Source: Bacteroidales bacterium (GTDB lineage Bacteria; Bacteroidota; Bacteroidia; Bacteroidales; UBA1715). From it: DNA of 64,000 bases. The position numbers and the translations under genes were made by a program. The notes under the pieces were generated by a model. That model was not told where the DNA came from. It did not search any database and worked only from the letters and a program-made list of their open reading frames with translations. Shown here piece after piece: positions 9,502-17,716 of this stretch (positions within the stretch are counted from its first letter, which is position 1; each line of letters opens with the position of its first letter). Location of the stretch: assembly GCA_017516865.1 (NCBI GenBank), contig JAFXAU010000025.1:57971-121970 (forward strand), given 5' to 3'.

Positions 9502-9637
9502 TCTGCTGAAAACTGGACACTTTCAAACTGGATGAGGGTAGAACATGAAAGTTCACGTCAAGCGTGGACATTGTCATATCTATCCAGTTGGTAGTCCAGA
9601 ATCCACAGCAGAAGGTATAACAACGTGTTCCACGCTT
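9502..9637 (+). ncRNA. Candidate structured cis element / ncRNA with two interlocking helices
   Basis: TCTGCTG/CAGCAGA, CTGGAC/GTCCAG and AACTGGAT/ATCCAGTT nested; AAGCGTGGA(9560-9568)/TCCACGCTT(9629-9637) crosses them. Confidence 0.55.
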
Positions 9638-9684
9638 TTAGTTTACCGAGGGATGAGACCGAAGCCTTAAAAGTGCCGAAGTCA

Positions 9685-9903
9685 ATGAAACCGACGGAAT
9701 CTATAAATATTGGCAAAATTATATGCAATGAATTGAAAAATCAAGGTCGTACCGTCACTTGGTTTGCAAAGACATTGGGCATAAACCGAATACAATGTTA
9801 TCGAATTTTTAAATCCTACAGCATTGACACCATTACATTGTTAAAGATTTCGGCAGTGCTTAAAGTTGACTTCTTTAAATTGTATTCTAATCTTTTAAAA
9901 TAG
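9685..9903 (+). CDS. Small XRE/Cro-like HTH transcriptional regulator (72 aa)
   Basis: IGKIICNELKNQGRTVTWFAKTLGINRIQCYRIF...SIDT..LLKIS..LKVDFF, typical of small Bacteroidales HTH proteins; ATG 9685. Confidence 0.85.
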   Translation: MKPTESINIGKIICNELKNQGRTVTWFAKTLGINRIQCYRIFKSYSIDTITLLKISAVLKVDFFKLYSNLLK

Positions 9904-9913
9904 CAGACATTGT

Positions 9914-9953
9914 TGTATCAATATTGTTACATAGCTGTATCAATAATGGAACA
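9914..9953. promoter_or_regulatory. Tandem 18-bp imperfect palindromic operator-like boxes
   Basis: TGTATCAATATTGTTACA (9914-9931) and TGTATCAATAATGGAACA (9936-9953), 22-bp period. Confidence 0.65.
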
Positions 9954-10024
9954 CGCCGATATATTTAAATTAAAAGTAATATCCGTTCTTTGTAAAAAAT
10001 TTTTAATTTTAATTTATAAAAACT

Positions 10025-10699
10025 ATGAGTTGCTTAGAATTATTTTTTAAGAACAATCTTCCTGACGATTTTGATGTCGCAAGAAGTCCCGAACAAATCG
10101 AAATCATTAAATATTTCCATCCAGCAGGCGGTTGCATTGGAAAATTGTTCAAAACCATGTCAGATACTGTGTATAGACAAAAGGTTGCAGAAGCTGTTGC
10201 TAAAATTACCAAAGAAAAAGCATTGGAAAAAATTGGTCTGGACGAAAGTCAGGTTAGCGAAATTGAACCAGTTCATTTTGAGAACTTCTATTGGGATGAG
10301 AAAAGTGGTAGAAACTATTCAAAATGGATTAAAAAAGACCATGAATTTGTTAGTTCGGCATATCAAGTTACTTGGATATTCTTTGGCGATACACAAATGT
10401 ATGTTTATCAATATCTGTTAAATATGGACAGAAACGAGAAGAAAGAATCAACAGAAGAATATTTCTATAAAGATGTCACAAACTTCTCGACATCGTCAGA
10501 TACGGTAGAACAAGATACTTTGTACGAAGAAGGCGGATGCTTGAGCGGAGACACTTACAAACGTCAGAATGTAAATATGGACCGTTTCCAAATCAGTGCA
10601 ATGGGAGATAAATTCTGGTGCTCAATGAGGCAAAATGAATACTCGGAAAGAGCAATTCAAGGTATGAAGGCGAAACTTCGTGAAAAGAAAAACCAGTAA
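10025..10699 (+). CDS. Hypothetical soluble protein (possible PH-like C-terminal domain; two GGC motifs)
   Basis: 224-aa ORF, first gene of a tightly packed operon; no family recognised with confidence. Confidence 0.7.
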   Translation: MSCLELFFKNNLPDDFDVARSPEQIEIIKYFHPAGGCIGKLFKTMSDTVYRQKVAEAVAKITKEKALEKIGLDESQVSEIEPVHFENFYWDEKSGRNYSKWIKKDHEFVSSAYQVTWIFFGDTQMYVYQYLLNMDRNEKKESTEEYFYKDVTNFSTSSDTVEQDTLYEEGGCLSGDTYKRQNVNMDRFQISAMGDKFWCSMRQNEYSERAIQGMKAKLREKKNQ

Positions 10700-11108
10700 T
10701 ACTGACCTAAGGGCTATCAGCAAAGACGAGCAAGAGATAGTTCGGGGCTACGTTCTCTTTCGTCCTTTGTATAGACCTAATATTACTATAGCAAAAACAA
10801 TTCCTTTTATTGGAGCATATTTGTGCATCGTAGGAGGAATTGTTTTTTGGAAAGGATGGATGATTGGAATCATTGGTGGTTTAATTATCCTACTCGTTTT
10901 AGCACGGGTTATTTTAATAAAACTTATTGAACTATATCAACATTATGCCCCAGAAAATGTCAGAAGGAATTGCTTATTAAAGCCGACATGTTCGGAATAT
11001 GCAATATTGGCAATTAAACAATATGGAGCATTAATCGGCATGATAAAAACTATTCATAGATTGTTCCACACATGCCGAGGATATACGTATCATATTGACG
11101 AACCTTAA
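10680..11108 (+). CDS. YidD/haemolytic-domain protein with N-terminal TM helices
   Basis: LIELYQ...CLLKPTCSEYAILAIKQYG...RL..C....DEP YidD signature preceded by two hydrophobic helices. Confidence 0.8.
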   Translation: MKRKTSNTDLRAISKDEQEIVRGYVLFRPLYRPNITIAKTIPFIGAYLCIVGGIVFWKGWMIGIIGGLIILLVLARVILIKLIELYQHYAPENVRRNCLLKPTCSEYAILAIKQYGALIGMIKTIHRLFHTCRGYTYHIDEP

Positions 11109-11119
11109 TTTTTATAAAT

Positions 11120-12214
11120 ATGGGACTGTTTAATAATCGGAATGAAAATGAGTCGGCATTCATCGGTGGTGAAAAACATTGGAGTGACGTCATAAAAAAC
11201 TCTGGACCAGGAGAATTACTTATTTGGCGTCAACCTGAAGAAGACTTCAACACAAACTCAACTGTGATTGTAATGCCAGGCGAGCAAGCAATATTCATAA
11301 ACAAGGGAAATATTGAACAAGTTTTCTCAAGTGGCACATATAAACTTGATACTCAGAATTATCCGTTTATTAGTAGACTTCGAAATGCCTTTACGGGAGG
11401 GATAAGCACATTCAATTGCGTGGTATATTTTGTTCGCGAAGCTGACAGCCAGGAAATTGAATGGGGAACACGGCAACCAATCAGATACGGAGATCCTATG
11501 CTTGGACCTGTAAATATAAAAGCTGGTGGAGCATATAAAATAGCAATCTCGAATCCACAAAAATTTCTTACAAAATTATTGGGAAACAATGTGGACTTTG
11601 AAACACAAGATGGTTTGAATGCATATTTTGGGAATGAGTTTTCCATGCATATCGCAACATCTATAAATCAAACTTTACAACGCTTACAATCGGAGCAATA
11701 TAAAGAAATATATCACTATGTAGGTGATTTACTTTCATTTGCTAATCAAGTGAAGCCATCTTTACAAGAGATTCTTGACGATTATGGTATAAAACTTAAA
11801 ACATTCTCTATTTCAAGATGTAAAGACGAATACGATGATCCGGAAATTCAGAAGATGATTACGGACAAAAAACGTATGCAATATTTGGGTTCAAATTGGG
11901 GTGCGCAACAACAAGTTGACATTTTGAAAAATATTTCTACGAATCCAGGTTCAGGAGGAATAGCGGGAGCAGGAGCAGGATTAGGCATGGGGATGGCAAT
12001 GGGAGGAATGTTCGGAGGTATGGCACAACAACAATTCAATCAAAACCCTTTCCAACAACAGCAGATGCAGCAACAATCACCTCAGCAAACGCCACAACAA
12101 ACAGGAAATCCTGTTATGGAAAAGTTGAAACAATTGAAGGAATTGGCAGATATGAATCTTATTACTGCCGAGGAATTTGAAAATAAAAAGAAAGAACTTT
12201 TAAGTCAACTATAA
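11120..12214 (+). CDS. SPFH/band-7 (YdjI-like) protein with glycine-rich segment, Q-rich linker and C-terminal SHOCT domain
   Basis: STVIVMPGEQAIF..G..EQVF..GTYKL.TQNYPF, VYFV, WGT..PI; GAGAGLGMGMAMGG; EKLKQLKELADMNLITAEEFENKKKELLSQL. Confidence 0.85.
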   Translation: MGLFNNRNENESAFIGGEKHWSDVIKNSGPGELLIWRQPEEDFNTNSTVIVMPGEQAIFINKGNIEQVFSSGTYKLDTQNYPFISRLRNAFTGGISTFNCVVYFVREADSQEIEWGTRQPIRYGDPMLGPVNIKAGGAYKIAISNPQKFLTKLLGNNVDFETQDGLNAYFGNEFSMHIATSINQTLQRLQSEQYKEIYHYVGDLLSFANQVKPSLQEILDDYGIKLKTFSISRCKDEYDDPEIQKMITDKKRMQYLGSNWGAQQQVDILKNISTNPGSGGIAGAGAGLGMGMAMGGMFGGMAQQQFNQNPFQQQQMQQQSPQQTPQQTGNPVMEKLKQLKELADMNLITAEEFENKKKELLSQL

Positions 12215-12216
12215 TT

Positions 12217-13014
12217 ATGAAAAGACTAATTTCAAATACGTGGAGCATTGTCGCCGTTATATTGATACTCCTATTTAATGTGTGCTTTTTCCTCTTGACA
12301 ACAGATGATGTTGACATGGGACGAAGCATAACGACATGGGTTAGCTACGGTTTTATCCATGTTGCTTTCTTATTCTTATTGTTGGCTCCTGCTTTTGTGA
12401 CAAAAGGTGCGTCAACTCGCGATACGGCACCGTCTGTTTTTTATGTATGTATTACCTATTGGTGGATTGAACTGATAGTTGGTGTTTTTTTCATTCTTAT
12501 GACTTCTCCGGCAGTAATACGAACTGTTATAAATCCGTTAATCGATATTTTGTCGGGGAATGTCATTATTGAATTTTTTGCAAATTGGATTTTCGATGTT
12601 TTACATTCCGACCCGAACAAATTTGGAATTATTAGTCAAACAATTATTTTCGGATTGTTTATAGTAGTTTTAGTTATAGTCAGAGCTGTAGATAAAGATA
12701 CCGAAGAGCAAGAATTACGTCGCGAGCATGAATTACAATATGTTAAGACAGCCGAAGCCCAATTAAAGTTTAAACTTGCTGAAATAACTGAAAAAAACAC
12801 TGCTCGGAAAGTTGAACAATTGTATGACTATATTCGAACAAGTCCATTAAAATCTCATAATAGTGTGAGAGATATAGAAAATACAATCCTAAATAAGGTA
12901 TTTTCCATAGTATCGGAAAACGATAATGAAACAATTTTTACCCAAGCAGAAGAAACTCTTCGCTTGGCTGAACAACGAAATAAAATATTACTAATAAACA
13001 ACAATAAACTATGA
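12217..13014 (+). CDS. Hypothetical membrane protein (about 4 TM helices plus cytoplasmic helical domain)
   Basis: Hydrophobic N-terminal half; C-terminal LYDYIRTSP..S...IE...RN helical region. Confidence 0.7.
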   Translation: MKRLISNTWSIVAVILILLFNVCFFLLTTDDVDMGRSITTWVSYGFIHVAFLFLLLAPAFVTKGASTRDTAPSVFYVCITYWWIELIVGVFFILMTSPAVIRTVINPLIDILSGNVIIEFFANWIFDVLHSDPNKFGIISQTIIFGLFIVVLVIVRAVDKDTEEQELRREHELQYVKTAEAQLKFKLAEITEKNTARKVEQLYDYIRTSPLKSHNSVRDIENTILNKVFSIVSENDNETIFTQAEETLRLAEQRNKILLINNNKL

Positions 13015-13595
13015 TGCAAGCACAAATAGTAGAATGTCCAAGTTGTGGACGCAGTTTGTCGCCCGAGATGAAGAATTGTCCTGCTTGTGGCAATGCAATT
13101 ATTATTTCTTCTTTTACAAGTGTCGCTTCAATGCCATTGCCTACAATAAATAAATATGCAAATGCGTATCGAAACGCATTACAAAATAATCCTGACGACA
13201 AGACTCTTAATAACGCTGTAGGTATGTGTTATCTCAAATTGAAATTGTATGACAAGGCAATTCCTGCTTTTGAGAAAGCAATCGAAGATAATTTTGACAA
13301 CGCGGAGACTTTTTTCTATGCCGCAGTTTGTCTGTTAAAAGGAAAGAAGGCGTTTTTGGCACAACGTCCAGAAATCAATAAAATCGAAAATTATCTTAAT
13401 GCGGCTTGCATGATAGAACCGAAAGGAGTTTATTATTTATTCTGGGCATATATTAAGAAAGATTATTATGAACGGAAATTCCTGAATTCATCTCCCAAAT
13501 CTAGTGAACTTTTGCAACAGGCTATAGATTGTGGTTGCTCCAACTTCGACAAGGAACAACTTTTTTCACTATTGACGGTTGAAAGTCCGTTTTGA
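13011..13595 (+). CDS. Zinc-ribbon plus TPR protein
   Basis: CPSCG..CPACG N-terminus; TPR-like NAVGMCYLKLKLYDKAIPAFEKAIE..FDNAETFFYAA. Confidence 0.85.
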   Translation: MMQAQIVECPSCGRSLSPEMKNCPACGNAIIISSFTSVASMPLPTINKYANAYRNALQNNPDDKTLNNAVGMCYLKLKLYDKAIPAFEKAIEDNFDNAETFFYAAVCLLKGKKAFLAQRPEINKIENYLNAACMIEPKGVYYLFWAYIKKDYYERKFLNSSPKSSELLQQAIDCGCSNFDKEQLFSLLTVESPF

Positions 13596-13597
13596 AT

Positions 13598-16087
13598 TTA
13601 TTCTTCAAACTCTTCCCAGTAAATGGTATTGTCCCATTCGGCTTTTACACTTACCGAAGTTTTGAAGAAATAGATTTTTTCCGGCTGGCGTTTAATCTCT
13701 ATGCAGCCTGTATCCCATTTATTGTTGTTGTTTTCGTCAACATAGCAGCGAAGGGAGTATGAACCCATGGGAATATTGTCGAAACGATAGCCGTTGTCGG
13801 TTTTTGAGGCATAAAATGTTTCTGGTTCTTTGGCCTCGCTTTCTACGTAGAATACAAGATTTTGCGACGGAAGTCCTTTCGTGTTTTTAATGATGAGGTT
13901 TCCTACGTTGTCCATTTTCGGACATTGGAATGAAAACGACAACGAATCGTTTGCGTCTCCGAACACGTCGTGGAATGTGCTGTCGGGAATGACGAGGTAA
14001 TACGACGTGTTTCCCTCCCATTCCGCCGTGAGGGCATATTTTCTACCGTTTTTGTCGGTCGGAGTTAATGAGAAGTTTTTCTTTTGAACAAACTGTACGT
14101 CCGAAGGCTCTGTCTGCAATTCTGCGACAAAATCTTTCGAAGCAGATTTGAATGTATCGACAAGAGCACCTTTTTTGAGTTCTAATGAATATGTCTCGCC
14201 CGCTTTAGCAGTGTGATTTATCACAATAATTCTCGATGATTTTGGCGATATTGTTACGCTTGTTATGATTGATGTTTCGGTGGAATCATTTGTATTGACA
14301 AGCGAAAACAGACTGTCTGTCAACGATGCAATTGGATTGTTGCAAATGATTTCGAGAGGCTCGTAGGCTTTGAACTTGTCTTTTTGTTGATTGCGTAATT
14401 GTACAAGAAGTCGCTTGTTCGAACTTGGTTTCTTATACATTTTCTGCACAGGAACGTCTTTCTTATCGTTGAAATTCAGTTTTTGCACCGTTCCATTTTC
14501 ATCAGTAAATTCTACCGTTATGGCCTGATTTTTCAGTTTGAGCGCGTCAGATTCTGGTTTTATCCAAAACAACAGTGCGTTCGATTTTTCATCGCGTTCG
14601 CAATAGTACCAATCGGTAAGATTGGGAAGACCGTCAAGAGTGACTTTTACATCTTGAGGAATTGTCGGTTTACTAAAAAACAATGCAAAACGGTCGTTGG
14701 TTTCTTTATGCCGCAGGATTTCTTGACGGGCATAGTGTTTTTTCGGGCGGAATTTGGCATCGGAGAACGAGAAGAGTTCCTCGCATGTTGTTTTTGACGT
14801 ATCGCAGGATTGGTAGAGAGCAATTTTGTCTAACAATGATTTGTCGACTGGACGTGAGAGTGTCAGAAAAACCGTGTCTTTGGGGAAAATCTTTGGATTT
14901 TTTGTAAGATTCGAAGTTATGTCAACTCTGTCGGGCAAATCTTTCAGAGCCTCAATCTTGAGTGTGTCACTCTGCATTTTCTGCGAATTTTTATTTTCCT
15001 GATACGTAACAATCGCCACGAGTGAATCGCAATTTTGTAAGGTTGTGTCTGTCAGCCAAATAATAAGACTATCGGGAGTGGTAAGCTCCTGCACAAATTC
15101 TTTTTCGGGAATCAATTTCACCGTAATTTCGCCTTGAACGTCGGTGGCGAACTTACAGCCATACGCATATTTGGAGATGCGTTTCCCCGATAGGACGCTT
15201 TGTTTCCATACTTCGTTTTCAAAGATGCTGAGTTTTATGTCTCGAGGCGCCCAACGTGTTTTTTCCACTAATTTGAAGGAATCTTTTACTTGTGTAATGA
15301 GAATGCTGTCTTCGAATTCTTCGAAACGAGTGGTGTCGTTGTGCGAATACCAAACGGTGTCTATATATCGTTCGGCGGTAGGTGTGAACACGCTGTCGAG
15401 AAAACCAATGCTTTCCGAAGGTTGATTGAAAGTAAAATCTTTGTCGGAATCAACGAGAGCATAGATTCTGTATGGTTTTGCCTCGATGTTCGAAAACGAG
15501 AAATCTCCCCGTTTCGAAGCCTGGGTAATGTAGCGTGGTTTCTGCGTTTGAAAAGCGGAATCGCTCAAATCGTCATACAGTAGCACGTATGTTTTTTCAG
15601 GAATTTTTTTGCTTCGAGCCGATGTAATGGTTCCCGATACTTTCATGCTGTCAATTCCCGCACCGGTCGAAAAGGCGTAAAGATATTGTTCCGTAACATT
15701 GTCTTCAGTCAAATCTTTAATTGCGTTGTTAAAGTTGAAACTGTAGGTTGTTCCCGATTGCAACTTTTGTTTCGATAAGTCTATGGTAAGTTTTTTCTTT
15801 TTCACCGTGATTGACGGCGTTTCTTCCATTACTGGCGAAATCATGCAATTATCTTCAATGTTTTCGAGAGCGATAAATTCATTGAATTTGACAACAATTT
15901 TCTTTGGATTGATGTTCTGCGAATTGTTCATTGGTTTTTCGAGAACGGCATAAGGTTCTATGGTATCGACGGGACCGCCTAACGGAGCCGATTCCCGAGC
16001 GCAGTTCATAAGAGTGAACGGAAACGGGAGAGCCAACAACAGCGGGAAAAGAAGTCGAATGAATATTGTATTTCGTTGTTTGTCCAT
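13598..16087 (-). CDS. Ig-like (Big_5) domain lipoprotein conserved in Bacteroidota
   Basis: Lipobox LMNC followed by A..AP.GGP.D; FNEFI, TTYSFNF.NAIKD, FSTG..IDS; C-terminal DENNNNKWDTG...QPE. Confidence 0.8.
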   Translation of the reverse strand: MDKQRNTIFIRLLFPLLLALPFPFTLMNCARESAPLGGPVDTIEPYAVLEKPMNNSQNINPKKIVVKFNEFIALENIEDNCMISPVMEETPSITVKKKKLTIDLSKQKLQSGTTYSFNFNNAIKDLTEDNVTEQYLYAFSTGAGIDSMKVSGTITSARSKKIPEKTYVLLYDDLSDSAFQTQKPRYITQASKRGDFSFSNIEAKPYRIYALVDSDKDFTFNQPSESIGFLDSVFTPTAERYIDTVWYSHNDTTRFEEFEDSILITQVKDSFKLVEKTRWAPRDIKLSIFENEVWKQSVLSGKRISKYAYGCKFATDVQGEITVKLIPEKEFVQELTTPDSLIIWLTDTTLQNCDSLVAIVTYQENKNSQKMQSDTLKIEALKDLPDRVDITSNLTKNPKIFPKDTVFLTLSRPVDKSLLDKIALYQSCDTSKTTCEELFSFSDAKFRPKKHYARQEILRHKETNDRFALFFSKPTIPQDVKVTLDGLPNLTDWYYCERDEKSNALLFWIKPESDALKLKNQAITVEFTDENGTVQKLNFNDKKDVPVQKMYKKPSSNKRLLVQLRNQQKDKFKAYEPLEIICNNPIASLTDSLFSLVNTNDSTETSIITSVTISPKSSRIIVINHTAKAGETYSLELKKGALVDTFKSASKDFVAELQTEPSDVQFVQKKNFSLTPTDKNGRKYALTAEWEGNTSYYLVIPDSTFHDVFGDANDSLSFSFQCPKMDNVGNLIIKNTKGLPSQNLVFYVESEAKEPETFYASKTDNGYRFDNIPMGSYSLRCYVDENNNNKWDTGCIEIKRQPEKIYFFKTSVSVKAEWDNTIYWEEFEE

Positions 16088-16156
16088 AGAATCTAAATTC
16101 AGCCAAAAGTACTAAAATTTGTCGTATTTATCTATCTTTGTCAATAAATTAGGAAT

Positions 16157-16492
16157 ATGGCAGATAATAAATACAAATTACAAGTGTCGGATATCCGCGA
16201 TTTGGTCAAACCGATGGGATATTGCATTGCGTCGGACAGAATTACTGTCGATGGCGCAAAGGTAGGTTTTATGTACCGCGAGGAACGCGAAGACGAAGAC
16301 GACAGCGGCTGGCGTTTTCTTGCTGGCGACGAAACCGACGAATATCTTGACGACCAGCAACATTTTATGATGTTCGATGTGAATTATATTGCCAATTTAG
16401 ACGAAGCAATCATCCCGTATTTGAAGTACAGAAAAGGCTCGGAATTGGAACGGGTAGAAGGTTCCGATAAATTCACAAGATATTGTGAATGA
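16157..16492 (+). CDS. DUF2185 / Imm33-like protein
   Basis: CIASDRITVDG.KVGFMYRE...DSGWRFLAGDE.DEY...N.IAN.D.AIIPYL; -7 box TATCTTTG at 16133-16140. Confidence 0.85.
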   Translation: MADNKYKLQVSDIRDLVKPMGYCIASDRITVDGAKVGFMYREEREDEDDSGWRFLAGDETDEYLDDQQHFMMFDVNYIANLDEAIIPYLKYRKGSELERVEGSDKFTRYCE

Positions 16493-16530
16493 AAGTGTTG
16501 GCTGAATTTGTAGAAATAAGGGGTAAATAA

Positions 16531-17115
16531 CTATTTTGTTTCCCGCCATTCAAATGAGCTAATCATCTCAATAATGTCTTCGCGGACAAAATCAATCACA
16601 GGAGCCAAAGAATCTTTATTCGGCGGGACATTGAAGTACAATGCTCCTCTCACAAAGTTTTTGGTGCTGTCGGTTACGCAAAATTGCATTGACGATGCCG
16701 CGTCGCCTTTTATGTCGAACAGCAGACCGTGCACGTGTTTGTCGTCGTAGTGGAATTCTTTCATGTTGATTGCATCGGCACGGACTTCGTGTTTGAAAGC
16801 AAGCTGGTGGGCGTCTTCCACAATCTCGTCTAAATTGTTTTTGAGAGGGTGGTAGCTTACGTGAATTGTTGCCCTCATCGAAGGAAACTGAACATTAACC
16901 CAATACGGCTCTGCCCCTGCGTCGGTATCTTGTTCAACTGTTGCATATTTCGGCACCACGAAAGAGTAGGGGAATCCTGTTTTTTCAAATTGTGTGTACT
17001 CACGTTCAGGGAAGTCAATACGAAAATATCCCCGTTGTTTCGGCACACGTATGTCGCGTTCCTGACAGCCTAACAAGGAACAGACAACAAGTATGGGAAA
17101 AATGATTCGTTTCAT
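16531..17115 (-). CDS. gldD: Gliding motility lipoprotein GldD
   Basis: Lipobox LLGC, PK.RGYFRIDFP, KH..RADAI, GDAAS..QF..TDS.KNF.RGALYF..PN.DSLAP; ATG 17115. Confidence 0.9.
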   Translation of the reverse strand: MKRIIFPILVVCSLLGCQERDIRVPKQRGYFRIDFPEREYTQFEKTGFPYSFVVPKYATVEQDTDAGAEPYWVNVQFPSMRATIHVSYHPLKNNLDEIVEDAHQLAFKHEVRADAINMKEFHYDDKHVHGLLFDIKGDAASSMQFCVTDSTKNFVRGALYFNVPPNKDSLAPVIDFVREDIIEMISSFEWRETK

Positions 17116-17131
17116 GGTGTAAAAGTAAAAA

Positions 17132-17165
17132 AATAATCGCATACCACGAACGATATGCGATTATT
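17132..17165 (-). terminator. Intrinsic terminator after ssb
   Basis: AATAATCGCATA / TATGCGATTATT 12-bp stem, T run downstream on the minus strand. Confidence 0.7.
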
Positions 17166-17174
17166 GATTCTCAA

Positions 17175-17639
17175 TTAGAACGGAAGTTCTTCTTCGGGAG
17201 CGTCCTGCGAAGGATATTCCGCTTGAACTTCGGCAACAATTTGTGCCGCCGTCGGTTGAGGTTGGGCTGCTTGTTGGTTGTTCTCAAGCAAACTGCCCGA
17301 ATCGCTTTTTCTGCCTAATTTGCGAAGTTCGTCTACAACAATTTCCGTGCTGTAGCGTGTTTCGTTCGTGTTTTTGTCCTGATACTGAGAATAATGTATA
17401 CGACCTTCGACGTACACTTGATCTCCTTTTCTGACAAAATTTTCGCAGAATTTGGCCGTTCTGCCCCATACTGTAAGACGATGCCAGTCGGTACGTTCGG
17501 GAACTTCCGTTCCGTTTTGCCGAGTGAAGCCGCCTTCTGATGTGGCAACTCTAAGATGAGCAACTGGTTGGTCTTCCTTGATGTACTGTACATCAGGGTC
17601 GGCACCAACATTTCCGATTAAGATTACTTTGTTAATCAT
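17175..17639 (-). CDS. ssb: Single-stranded DNA-binding protein
   Basis: INKVILIGNVGADP, TDWHR, KGDQVYVEGRI, acidic tail ELPF. Confidence 0.97.
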   Translation of the reverse strand: MINKVILIGNVGADPDVQYIKEDQPVAHLRVATSEGGFTRQNGTEVPERTDWHRLTVWGRTAKFCENFVRKGDQVYVEGRIHYSQYQDKNTNETRYSTEIVVDELRKLGRKSDSGSLLENNQQAAQPQPTAAQIVAEVQAEYPSQDAPEEELPF

Positions 17640-17716
17640 GATGGAATAATATTAATTGGTTAGTAAATCAGGTCAAAAATACACATTTTTTAATTATGAC
17701 AAACACTTTTTCACAA

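Noticed and set aside
16157-16492. Imm33-like gene as immunity partner of the nuclease at 32968-33660
   Set aside because: 16 kb away, independently promoted, and commonly stand-alone; nothing in the sequence links them
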